A stretch of DNA of 64,000 bases from an uncultured Acidimicrobiales bacterium (GTDB taxonomy: Bacteria; Actinomycetota; Acidimicrobiia; Acidimicrobiales; UBA10347): NCBI GenBank assembly GCA_943788915.1, contig CALSSD010000005.1, positions 372,001 through 436,000 on the forward strand, in the 5' to 3' direction. The position numbers were made by a program, and so were the translations under genes. Positions 10,468 through 19,910 of this stretch are shown in pieces. Each line of letters begins with the position of its first letter. Position 1 is the first letter of the stretch. Below the pieces are notes generated by a model. The model was not told the DNA's origin, did not search any database, and saw only the letters and a program-made list of their open reading frames with translations.

Positions 10468-12210
10468 GTGCAAGAACGCTGGATCACTGACTGGCCGGTT
10501 AGCGAACGTTGGCCCCACTACACCCGGGCCAATGCCAGCGAGGTACTACCCGATCCAGCGAGCCCGCTGGGACAGCAGTTCAGCTGGGAGCACGGCATGA
10601 TTCCGGGCTGGCGCGATGCCTATGTGCACTCCGGCAACTACAGCATCGACGAGTTCGACCTAGATCTGCCCCAAGTTGTTGGTTTCTTCGGCGGCTACGT
10701 CTTCATCAATCTTTCGAACGTGCGCATGCAGGGCATTCGAAGCCCTGCGATCACGCTCGAGCAGCTCGATTTGGCATTCTTTGGCGATCATCCCGATGTC
10801 CCGCCGCACGTGCCGCATGGGGACGACGAACGTCCCGATCTGTTGGAGAAGGCCCTCCGCCATATCGGCTGGATGTTTACGGCCCAGACCTATCCCGAAG
10901 CCGACGCGTTTAAGCAGGACACCATTGCGTTGCGGGCTGGCCGTCCTGATCTGACCACGCTCAGCGATAACGAGCTTGTCGCCCGAGCCCGCCTGACCCA
11001 GCCGATGCTGCAGACCGGCTTCCGTCATCACGGAATCGCGTCGAGTGCATCTGGTGTCGCCCCAGGCATTCTCTTCGCCATCGGTCAAGCCATTGGTGAC
11101 CCCGCGATGCCTATGACCATGTGTGCCGGCATCGGCCATGTCGACTCTGCCGAGCCCAGCTACCGCATGTGGGATCTGTCGCGTGCCGTCCGCTCCAGCG
11201 TGCCGTTGACCGCCGTATTCGACGCCGGTGTCGACGGGCTACTTGACCGACTCGGTGCCGATGACAGTCCCGATGCTGCAGCGTTCCTGTCTTCGTGGGA
11301 CCAGTTCCTCGTGGACTTCGGAAGCCGCGGCCTCAGCGAGTGGGAGATGACGTCGGCTACATGGGAAACCGAACCCGAGCTTGCCCTTGGCGCACTCAAT
11401 CAGATCCGTCATCAGAACGACGAAGAGTCGCCCCTGATCCGAAATCAGGCCAAGGCCGACGAACGAGCCGCAAAGACCGCCGAGGTGCGCGCCGTGGTGG
11501 CAGCACTGGGCAACGAGGAACTCAACGCCCAGCTCGAAGGCGCCATCGTGGCCACGAGCCAGCTGGGGTTTCGTGAGCGCACCAAGACCAACCTGGTGCG
11601 TGTGGTGCACGAAGGCCGTATGGCATTTCGCGAACTTGGTCGGCGCCATGCCGAGGCCGGCAACCTGAACGATCCCGAGCACATCTTCATGCTCCTCGAC
11701 GATGAGGTCGAAACATTTGTTGCCAATCCTGGTTCGATGACCGACACGCTCGCTCAACGACATGTTGACTGGCGCGAGCTACGGGAGCTCGATCCCCCAT
11801 TCATCATCGCCGACGGCGATGTTCCGCCGCTGCCCGAATGGTCCCGCAAGGTCGAAGTCGTGGTCGAAGCTGTGGCGGCTGGCGATGTCTTGCAAGGTGT
11901 CCCCGGTTGCCCCGGCACCGTTCGCGGCACTGCTCGTGTGATCCTCGATCCCATGGATCCGTTCGCACTTGAACCGGGCGACATCATGATTGTGCCGATC
12001 ACGGACCCGGCGTGGACGCCATTGTTCATGACAGCGGGTGCTGTCATCGTGAACGTCGGCGGCCAGATCAGCCACGCCATCATCGTGAGCCGCGAACTCG
12101 GCCTCCCGTGTGTTGTGTCGGTCGAAAACGCTACCGCTCGCATCCCCGATGGGGCCACTGTCGAAGTCGATGGCGCCACCGGCCAGATCACGATCGTCGA
12201 CCTGCCATGA
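10468..12210 (+). CDS. PEP-utilising enzyme: RPH/PpsA-like central domain plus His-swivel domain, no ATP-grasp domain
   Basis: YTRANASEVLPDP.SPL, FG.RG..EWE, TDPAWTPLF and GGQISHAIIVSRELGLPCVV (phospho-His) motifs. Confidence 0.85.
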   Translation: MQERWITDWPVSERWPHYTRANASEVLPDPASPLGQQFSWEHGMIPGWRDAYVHSGNYSIDEFDLDLPQVVGFFGGYVFINLSNVRMQGIRSPAITLEQLDLAFFGDHPDVPPHVPHGDDERPDLLEKALRHIGWMFTAQTYPEADAFKQDTIALRAGRPDLTTLSDNELVARARLTQPMLQTGFRHHGIASSASGVAPGILFAIGQAIGDPAMPMTMCAGIGHVDSAEPSYRMWDLSRAVRSSVPLTAVFDAGVDGLLDRLGADDSPDAAAFLSSWDQFLVDFGSRGLSEWEMTSATWETEPELALGALNQIRHQNDEESPLIRNQAKADERAAKTAEVRAVVAALGNEELNAQLEGAIVATSQLGFRERTKTNLVRVVHEGRMAFRELGRRHAEAGNLNDPEHIFMLLDDEVETFVANPGSMTDTLAQRHVDWRELRELDPPFIIADGDVPPLPEWSRKVEVVVEAVAAGDVLQGVPGCPGTVRGTARVILDPMDPFALEPGDIMIVPITDPAWTPLFMTAGAVIVNVGGQISHAIIVSRELGLPCVVSVENATARIPDGATVEVDGATGQITIVDLP

Positions 12211-12672
12211 CCCGCCCATTTCGTTTCGGCATCCAGGCATTTCACGCCAGCTCGGCGAAGGAGTGGACCAACATCGCCCGAGCGGAGAACGACACGGGTT
12301 ACTCGTGCCTCCATCTTGCCGACCGCTAGGTTGGCCCGCGAGTTCTTCGCAGGCGAGCAGCTCGACATCAAAACCGAATACGTCACAACGAACGTTATGG
12401 CTGCCATGCCCGTGTCGCACCCGGGTGGTCCGAAGATCATGATGGGCCGAGGCGGTAAACGAGTTCTGGCAACCTGCGACAAGATGGCCGACATCGTGTC
12501 GATCGACGTCAACAACAAAGACGGTAAGATCGGTGCTGTTGGCATTGGGTCAAACACCGCTGACGTGACCGAGCAGAAGATCGGTTGGATCCGCGACCAC
12601 ACCAGTGGCGGCTATGACAACCTTGAGATCGAGATGATGGCTCCGGTCGTCGAGCTGCTGACCGGGCACTAT
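12207..12672 (+). pseudogene. Collapsed remnant of an F420-dependent LLM oxidoreductase (MSMEG_2516-like)
   Basis: MTRPFRFGIQ...GYSCLHLADR* (stop 12327-12329), then PKIMMGRGGKRVL..ADIVSI..EQKIGWIR..LEIE and APVVELLTG in another frame. Large internal parts are missing. Confidence 0.75.
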
Positions 12673-12731
12673 CCCGTCCAGCAGCACCGCCCGCCCCGGC
12701 TGCTCTCGGACAGTTCACCGGATCTGCGCCT

Positions 12732-13604
12732 TCAGCGTGGCGGTCGAGGAATCAACACTGGCACGTTCTTCAGGTACTCCTGGTAGGCGGGCTCGTCGCC
12801 CCACCGCTTGACGCCGCGGCGTTCGAGGGCGGGCAGGCCGGAGATCTTGGTAAGTAGCAGGATCACGAACAGCGGCGAGATCAGAGCAACGAACTCTCGG
12901 CCGTCGAACGCTGGCAGAGCGATGAGCGCCATGCCGACCCACAGGGTGATCTCGCCGAAGTAGTTCGGGTGACGTGACCATGCCCAGATCCCGGTCGAGA
13001 TGAAACGTCCCTTGTTGACGGGGTCTTTCTTAAACGTGGTCTTCTCGCCATCGGCTCGGACCTCTATGGCGAAGCCGACGATCCACACCACTAGGCCGAC
13101 AATGGTCAGCACGCCGAAGGGTGCCTCGTCGACAGACGTGATCGCCGTCCACGCTGCGAGCGCGGTGAGCGATACCCACAGAGCCTGAAGCGTCCAGGTT
13201 TCGAACAACCGCATTGGATCGGAGCGGATGCGATTGAAGCGGCTGTCGACGCCGCCATCACCGTGGATGCGCTTGAACAGGAAGCTACCGAGTCGTCCTG
13301 CCCAGACAAAGATGAGCCCGGCCATGATGAACGACGTTGCTTCGTTGTTCGGGCCCAGGATCAGCGCCAGGATGGTGACCGATATATAGGTCAGGCTGCC
13401 GGTCAGATCGAAGTACTTCTCCGTCTTGTTGATGAGCGAGTGGATGAACACCAACCAGTTCACACCGAACGCAGCCAGGATGCACCACACCACCGCGGGC
13501 ACGCCCGCTTGTTCCACGCTGTCGGCGCTGACCAGCCAGGCAACCAGTGCTGCGACCACCGCACTGATAATCGATGCAAGAATCGCAATCGTATTTCTAC
13601 TCAT
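12732..13604 (-). CDS. DUF1295 / steroid 5-alpha-reductase-like membrane protein
   Basis: EKYFDLTGS, WAGRLGSFL, DSRF and GIWAWSRHPNYFGE motifs. Confidence 0.88.
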   Translation of the reverse strand: MSRNTIAILASIISAVVAALVAWLVSADSVEQAGVPAVVWCILAAFGVNWLVFIHSLINKTEKYFDLTGSLTYISVTILALILGPNNEATSFIMAGLIFVWAGRLGSFLFKRIHGDGGVDSRFNRIRSDPMRLFETWTLQALWVSLTALAAWTAITSVDEAPFGVLTIVGLVVWIVGFAIEVRADGEKTTFKKDPVNKGRFISTGIWAWSRHPNYFGEITLWVGMALIALPAFDGREFVALISPLFVILLLTKISGLPALERRGVKRWGDEPAYQEYLKNVPVLIPRPPR

Positions 13605-13713
13605 GCGCCAGTATGACCCGATGACGCGGCCCGCGCCGATTCGGCAGGGCGATAGGTGGCGATAGGTCAAGCCTCGGGTGGAATCGCCTGACGCCGATGT
13701 GGCAGGCTCGCGT

Positions 13714-14844
13714 ATGGATCGAGATACTCAACTTGCTCTACTCGACCGCGTCCAGGCGCATCGGACAGCGGGCCGCGGTACCGACGCGGTGAGCGAAGTC
13801 CACCGGCAACCGGTCGACGCCTACACCAGCGTGGAGCGCATGGATCGCGAACAGACGCTGCTGAACCACGCGCCCACGATCGTGGGCCTCTCCGACATCC
13901 TCCCTCAACCCGGCACCTACGCGGCGGTCACCGTTGGGACCGCACCCGTCGTGCTCACTCGAGATGCGGACGGGCAGGTTCGGGCGTTTCTGAACGTCTG
14001 TCGGCACCGCGGTGCCGAGATAACTACAGGATGTGGCGCAGCCGCGATGTTGACGTGCCCGTATCACGGGTGGACGTACCACTTCGACGGATCGTTAGCC
14101 GCTCGTCGACGACCGGCCTACTTCGAAGGCGAAGCTGACGACGGCCTCGTCGCGCTTCCCACACTGGAACAACACGGCCTGATCTGGGTGAGTGCCGATC
14201 CGACTGCCTCGATACCTGCCGAGCCGTTGCAGGGCGCTGAACAAGACCTACGCGAACTTGGCCTGGCCGATCACCGACTGTTCACGTCAACGACGTTCAC
14301 TCGCCCTATCAACTGGAAACTGGTCATCGACACCTTCCTCGAGGTGTACCACGTGGGTGTGCTCCACAAGGCCACGATCGACCCGCTCATCCACAGCGAC
14401 TTTGCCCTCTTCGATGCGTTCGGGTCCAACGGGCGCATGGTCGTCACCCGTCGTTCGATCAGCGAGCTCGATACGTTGCCCAGAACCGAGTGGCCATTCT
14501 TTCCCCATACGACGATCGTGTGGGCGCTACAGCCGAACACAATCCTGATCTACCAGCAAGACCATGCCCAGCTGTACCAGTCCAGACCAGGCGCTCATCC
14601 CGGCGAGTCCATCATTACGGTGTCGGTTTATGTGCCGCGAGACACGACGCGGTCCGATGAACATTGGCAGAAGAACTTCGACCTGCTGGTGGAGGTCACC
14701 GATTCTGAGGACTTCGTGACGTGCGCAGGGATCCAACGCGGGTTCGAATCCGGCGCGCAAGAACACATCACGTTTGGCACGAACGAGCCGTTACTGGCCC
14801 ACTACGAACGCGAGCTCACCAACTTGCTGGTGGCAGACGACTGA
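13714..14844 (+). CDS. Rieske non-heme iron oxygenase, alpha subunit
   Basis: Rieske motif NVCRHRG..CPYHGW; mononuclear Fe site NWK..EVYHVGVLH..ED. Confidence 0.92.
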   Translation: MDRDTQLALLDRVQAHRTAGRGTDAVSEVHRQPVDAYTSVERMDREQTLLNHAPTIVGLSDILPQPGTYAAVTVGTAPVVLTRDADGQVRAFLNVCRHRGAEITTGCGAAAMLTCPYHGWTYHFDGSLAARRRPAYFEGEADDGLVALPTLEQHGLIWVSADPTASIPAEPLQGAEQDLRELGLADHRLFTSTTFTRPINWKLVIDTFLEVYHVGVLHKATIDPLIHSDFALFDAFGSNGRMVVTRRSISELDTLPRTEWPFFPHTTIVWALQPNTILIYQQDHAQLYQSRPGAHPGESIITVSVYVPRDTTRSDEHWQKNFDLLVEVTDSEDFVTCAGIQRGFESGAQEHITFGTNEPLLAHYERELTNLLVADD

Positions 14845-14897
14845 TCTACACCTGCCGAAGGTTGGGCACCAGGGCCGGTGCCCAACGGGTTGAACCA

Positions 14898-15857
14898 TTA
14901 GCCAGTAGCTAACGCAGCGGTCGGGTCGATCACCCACGGGCCGTTGGCGTTGAGTGTGATCTTCACTTGTTGACCAGGAGCCAGCACCACGTCTCGTTCT
15001 CCATCAAAGGCCAACACGCCTGGGCCGTCGATGACAACAGACTGTCCGAGATCCAACCGTTCATACGACGCTATAGCGACATCGTGGTAGAGGCCGGGAG
15101 CGATAGGCGCTCGAACCGTCTGGCCGGGACCGAACCTCAGATGCACACCACCAAACTCGTGGCGAGTTACTGGTGCGACCCGGGCCGCAATCGATGACAG
15201 CCCAATGGTTGCCGGTTCAGCGGTAGTCACGATCAGCTGACGAAGAGTGTCGACATCCCACACCGCTCGACTTGCGGTGAAGGACCCTTCGACCATTGCT
15301 ATGTCGATCAGAGCTAGATCGTCCTTGATTCCCTCACCGGTGACGTCGAGGATCTTGGCTCGGTGAGCGATGAGCTCCAACGGCTTGCTACCCGAGGCTG
15401 CAATTGCAGCAGCATGGCCGGCCACGGTTGCCTCGATCATCTGTGGGTACACATTGTTCGTGCCAGTAGACACCGGCACCATCGGTGCGTCGCGCCAGCC
15501 TTTGGCGATGTCACGGTGGGTGCCGTCGCCGCCAAGTGTTACGAGCGCACCAACCCCGAGCTCTTGCAGTTGCTCGGCCATGCGCCGACTGTGAAACGAG
15601 GCCGGGTGCACTTCGTCACCAATGATCTCGACGGACGTCGCAGCGTCGTTGTACTCCAAACCCCGCAATGCCTGGCGGCCAAGCGACTTGTGATCGTCGG
15701 CAATAAGCACCCGATCGGCACCACCCTCGATTGCACCCACCAGGGCGCGTCGAACAATACCGATCTTGGCCATATCCGACGTCGGCGATGCCGACGACAC
15801 CAGCCGACGGATGTCTTTCCCCGCCGCCGGATTGGCGATTATCCCTACAGTTCCCAT
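14898..15857 (-). CDS. acoX: AcoX-like NAD kinase family protein
   Basis: VGIIANPAAGKDIRRLVS, LGGDGT and STGTNN motifs; downstream of E1 alpha/beta genes. Confidence 0.82.
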   Translation of the reverse strand: MGTVGIIANPAAGKDIRRLVSSASPTSDMAKIGIVRRALVGAIEGGADRVLIADDHKSLGRQALRGLEYNDAATSVEIIGDEVHPASFHSRRMAEQLQELGVGALVTLGGDGTHRDIAKGWRDAPMVPVSTGTNNVYPQMIEATVAGHAAAIAASGSKPLELIAHRAKILDVTGEGIKDDLALIDIAMVEGSFTASRAVWDVDTLRQLIVTTAEPATIGLSSIAARVAPVTRHEFGGVHLRFGPGQTVRAPIAPGLYHDVAIASYERLDLGQSVVIDGPGVLAFDGERDVVLAPGQQVKITLNANGPWVIDPTAALATG

Positions 15858-15956
15858 GACACTTCTACAAGTTCAGGCTCGCCATCGCGGGCAGGTTGAT
15901 GTGTGTGGCTACCCAAGCTTGCAGGGACCGTAGACCGGTTCGGCTCAGACAGGATT

Positions 15957-16001
15957 GCGAGCGCAGCGAGCGATCCGGACTCCCCCCGACCTTCGTCGGA
16001 C
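15957..16001 (+). repeat. Partial copy of the REP-like hairpin family
   Basis: gcgagcgcagcgagcg...ggactcccc, then the CCGAC-cttc-GTCGGAC core shared with the 46.8 kb and 62 kb elements. Confidence 0.5.
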
Positions 16002-16050
16002 CCCGATTCGATCACGTGCTCCCACAGAAGGTTCTCGTCATTGTCAGGAG

Positions 16051-17052
16051 TTAACCTCGCTGCACGGCGGCGCGGACGCCTTCGGCGATGCGCTTGGCAT
16101 CGGGCACATAGGCGCCTTCGAGTACGGGCGAGAACGGCACCGGTGAGAACGGAGCAGCGACACGTCCGATCGGAGCATCGAGATAGTCGAAGGCCTCTTC
16201 CTGGATCTGAGCCGCAATCTCGGCGCCCATACCAGCGAAACGAACTGCCTCATGCACCACAACGCAGCGATTGGTGCGCTTGACCGAGGCGATGATCGTC
16301 TCGCTGTCCATTGGTTGCAGGGTGCGGAGGTCGATGACCTCGACGTCGACACCTTCGCTCGAAAGAATCGACGCAGCCTTGAGCGACTCGCCGACCATCC
16401 GTCCATAGGTCACGATGGTGGCATCGGTGCCAGGACGGGTGATGTTTGCAACACCCAGCGGCACTTCAAACAGATCCTCAGGGCAGGGGCCCTTGGTGCC
16501 GAACAAGGTCTTGGTCTTGGCGTAGATCACCGGGTTGTCATCGCGGATGGAGGCCACCAAGAGACCCTTGGCATCGTAGGGGTTCGAAGGCATGACGACC
16601 TTGAGACCCGGCACGTGGGCCAGCATCGACTCGAGGCTCTGGCTGTGCTGAGCAGCAGCCGACAGACCTGCGCCAGCATTGGTGGTGATGGTCAGCGGCA
16701 GGCTTGTCTTGCCACCGAACATGTACTTGAGCTTGGCTGCCTGGTTCGCGATCTGGTCCATGGCGACCATGATGAAGTCCATAAACATGAGGTCGACGAC
16801 GGGCCGCAAGCCAGCAACAGCAGCGCCGATACCAAGACCGACGATTGCTTGTTCACTGATAGGTGTATCGACGGCACGCATCTCGCCGTACTTCTTCTGG
16901 AGGCCACCGAAGCTGCCGAACACACCACCGCTGGCGCCAACATCTTCGCCAGCGCAAAAGACGTCGGGGTCTTCGGCCATGATCTGGTGGAGCGCCTCGT
17001 TGACTGCGCCTAGGTAGCTCAGCTCACGGAGCTCGGTTTCGGTTGCGCTCAT
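16051..17052 (-). CDS. acoB: TPP-dependent dehydrogenase E1 beta subunit (AcoB-like)
   Basis: GEDVG, DTPISEQAIVG, AAAQHSQS and EVIDLRTL motifs. Confidence 0.88.
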   Translation of the reverse strand: MSATETELRELSYLGAVNEALHQIMAEDPDVFCAGEDVGASGGVFGSFGGLQKKYGEMRAVDTPISEQAIVGLGIGAAVAGLRPVVDLMFMDFIMVAMDQIANQAAKLKYMFGGKTSLPLTITTNAGAGLSAAAQHSQSLESMLAHVPGLKVVMPSNPYDAKGLLVASIRDDNPVIYAKTKTLFGTKGPCPEDLFEVPLGVANITRPGTDATIVTYGRMVGESLKAASILSSEGVDVEVIDLRTLQPMDSETIIASVKRTNRCVVVHEAVRFAGMGAEIAAQIQEEAFDYLDAPIGRVAAPFSPVPFSPVLEGAYVPDAKRIAEGVRAAVQRG

Positions 17053-18032
17053 GAGTTTGCTCCTGCCACGGTGTAGACGTCGTCCATCAAGGTGTCGACG
17101 TCGGGGAATGGGCTATTGCGGCCGAACTCGACAGCCTCGTCGACGTCGGCTTGCACCTTGGCTCGAATGGTGTCGATCTCGTCTTGGGTCATGACACCTT
17201 GGGTAAGCATGTCGCGTTCGATTCCCTCGATGCAGTCACGCGTCTTCCACATATCGACTTCTTCGTCGGTGCGGTATTTGAAGCCCATGATCTGCACACC
17301 ATGATGGTTGTAATACCGATAGGTCTTGCACTCGATGAACGACGGGCCGTGACCGGCACGTGCTCGAGCAACGGCCTGGGTTGTTGCTTCGTATACCGCA
17401 ACAGAGTCCATACCGTCGACGATGACGCCGGGCATGCCGTAACCGGCAGCGCGGTCAACGACATCGTCGATCGCCATGGTCTTAGACCGTGGCGTGTACT
17501 CGCCGTATTCATTGTTCTCACACACGAACACCGCAGGAAGCTGCAGCGCAGCTGCCATGTTTGCAGCCTCGTGGAACGCACCGATGTTCACGGCGCCATC
17601 ACCGAAGAACACAACAGCGACGGTGTCATTGCCTCGGTACTTGTTGGCAAACGCTGCGCCGACAGCAATTGGCGCACCAGCGCCAACGATGCCGTTGGCA
17701 CCGAGCATGTTCAGATCCAGATCGCAGATGTGCATAGAACCACCCTTGCCATTGCAGTAACCGTCGGCTTTGCCCATGAGCTCGGCCATCATCTTGGGCA
17801 GGTCGCCACCCTTGCCAACCAAGTGGCCGTGGCCACGATGCGTCGAACCGATCTGGTCGTCGGGACGCAACGCTGCGCACACACCGGCAGCAACAGCTTC
17901 TTCGCCCACGTACAGGTGGAGGAAGCCTGGCATCTCGGAGTTCTCAAACAGCTTGCCAGCCGCCTCTTCGAAGAAGCGGATGCGGATCATGCGGTAGTGC
18001 AAGTCCTTGAGTACCTCGTTGGTGATTTCCAT
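17049..18032 (-). CDS. acoA: TPP-dependent dehydrogenase E1 alpha subunit (AcoA-like)
   Basis: PGFLHLYVGEEA, STHRGHGH, GKGGSMH and FFGDGA..ENN motifs; start placed at ATG 18032. Confidence 0.88.
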   Translation of the reverse strand: MEITNEVLKDLHYRMIRIRFFEEAAGKLFENSEMPGFLHLYVGEEAVAAGVCAALRPDDQIGSTHRGHGHLVGKGGDLPKMMAELMGKADGYCNGKGGSMHICDLDLNMLGANGIVGAGAPIAVGAAFANKYRGNDTVAVVFFGDGAVNIGAFHEAANMAAALQLPAVFVCENNEYGEYTPRSKTMAIDDVVDRAAGYGMPGVIVDGMDSVAVYEATTQAVARARAGHGPSFIECKTYRYYNHHGVQIMGFKYRTDEEVDMWKTRDCIEGIERDMLTQGVMTQDEIDTIRAKVQADVDEAVEFGRNSPFPDVDTLMDDVYTVAGANS

Positions 18033-18288
18033 GATCTGCCGTCTTTCCGCGGCGCTTGCTCGCTGCTCTCGCCGCTTGCTTCCGGCCTTGGCCGCAACAT
18101 GATCTTGTTGTGATGGCCCCGGTTGCCGTTCCTCCAACCTAGGGCACGTGCCTAATCCAGTCGTAGCTGGCTGCAGCCCGTGAGTTACGCCACTGGCCTA
18201 CTGCGTGTCTTTCATGCCGGGCGGATGCATGGTCGAGGCATCTCTCACTACTGCGGTGAATCCCATGAGCCGCGTTCGAAGCGGAGAA

Positions 18289-19569
18289 TCACCGCGGGAC
18301 GTCTTTCCAGGCCATGCCCTTGTCGGTGCGAGGTTCGCCAGGGAGGCCCAGCACTCGCTCGCCGATGATGTTGCGTTGGATTTCATCGGAGCCGCCAGCG
18401 ATGCGGTAGCCGGGCGCACCCAATACGTGCTCACCCCATGCGTAGGTGCCCCACTCGCCTGTGTCGGCGGTCAGTCGGCTGCCGAGAATGTCACTGACCA
18501 CGTCGGACATGCGGGTCATGCCTTTGGTCCACAGCAACTTGCCGAGTGAACCTTCGGGGCCGGGTGTTCCGCCCTTGGCTAGGTCAGCGGCGCGGCGCAG
18601 CGTGTACGACTCAGCCTGCAGATGGATGTAAAGGTCGGCCAGTTTCTGGCGGACGATTGGATCGTCGGCGACCCCCATAGCTCTGGCAGTATCCAAAACC
18701 TGCATCCACGAACCGCCGGTCTTTGAGCCGCCGCCACCTGCGTCTTGTGAGTGATCGCGTTCGAAACCAAGTGTGGTGAGCGCAACCTTCCAGCCTTCAC
18801 CCTCGTCGCCGAGGCGCATGGAATCGGGCACCCGTACATCGTTGAAGAACACTTCATTGAACGACGTGCCGCCACTCATCTGCTTGATCGGGCGCACCTC
18901 GATTCCTGGCAAATCGAGTGGCAAGATGAATGCCGTCTGGCCTTTGTGTTTTGGGGCGTCGACATCGCTGCGGGCGATCAGCTGACCCCATTGTGCGAAC
19001 TGAGCGCCGCTGGTCCAGACCTTCTGACCGTTGACCACCCACTCGTCGCCATCTTTGACTGCCCTACAGGCAAGTCCAGCAAGATCGCTACCGGCATTCG
19101 GCTCGCTGAAGAGCTGAATACATAACTCCTCGGCCCGCAGGAACGTGTCGATGTGGTTGGCCTTTTGTTCGTCGGTACCGAACAGATTGATCGTCGGCGC
19201 CATCAGACCCATGGTCACACTGATCGCTTCGTGGCGACCGGGAACGTCATAGTCGCGTTCCAGCCGAGAGTACGCCCGAGCGTGCTGTTGGCTAAGGCCA
19301 CGACCGCCGTGCTCGACGGGCCAGGTGATGGCGTTGTACCCCTTCTCGGACTTGGTCTGGATCCACGAGGCGATCTCGTCGAGCAGATTCTGTTCCTGCT
19401 CATGTTCGAGATTGTGGAAGATTGAAACGCTGAACTCGCCCTCGCCCCATTCGGGCGCTGGGCCATCTTCGGCGACCTTTGGTTTAGCGTTCTCTTTGAG
19501 CCAGGAAGCAGCTTCAGCTTGGAAGTCTTCGATGGAGATTTGTTCAGCAGCAGTGTCGGTTGCAGTCAT
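18289..19569 (-). CDS. Acyl-CoA dehydrogenase family protein
   Basis: QLFSEPNAGSDLA, NGQKVWTS, FNEVFF and IAGGSDEIQRNIIGERVLGLP motifs. Confidence 0.93.
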   Translation of the reverse strand: MTATDTAAEQISIEDFQAEAASWLKENAKPKVAEDGPAPEWGEGEFSVSIFHNLEHEQEQNLLDEIASWIQTKSEKGYNAITWPVEHGGRGLSQQHARAYSRLERDYDVPGRHEAISVTMGLMAPTINLFGTDEQKANHIDTFLRAEELCIQLFSEPNAGSDLAGLACRAVKDGDEWVVNGQKVWTSGAQFAQWGQLIARSDVDAPKHKGQTAFILPLDLPGIEVRPIKQMSGGTSFNEVFFNDVRVPDSMRLGDEGEGWKVALTTLGFERDHSQDAGGGGSKTGGSWMQVLDTARAMGVADDPIVRQKLADLYIHLQAESYTLRRAADLAKGGTPGPEGSLGKLLWTKGMTRMSDVVSDILGSRLTADTGEWGTYAWGEHVLGAPGYRIAGGSDEIQRNIIGERVLGLPGEPRTDKGMAWKDVPR

Positions 19570-19910
19570 CGGCGTCCTTTAGTGAATGCAGCGTCAGTAT
19601 TACAATGACCACCGAGCTGCAAGAAGTCGCGACGATAGAAAACGCAACATCGGCGAGCTTCGCAGCACAGGGAACCGCTCATTGCGTTCATCGCATCGGT
19701 ACATGAAGTTGCCTCCAGGCCGCGCCGTGTCTCGGCTCAGAGAGATGACCAGGCATCAGTGCTGCGGCGTCCGATAGAACAGCACTGCGCCAGACACCAT
19801 TACCGGCCAAAAGAAATCCTGACGCAGCTGTGGGACCATGGGCACATGCGTCGTCGATCGCTGTCGACGACGGAGCGACGAAGGAGCGCAGCCAAAACAG
19901 GAGATGACCC

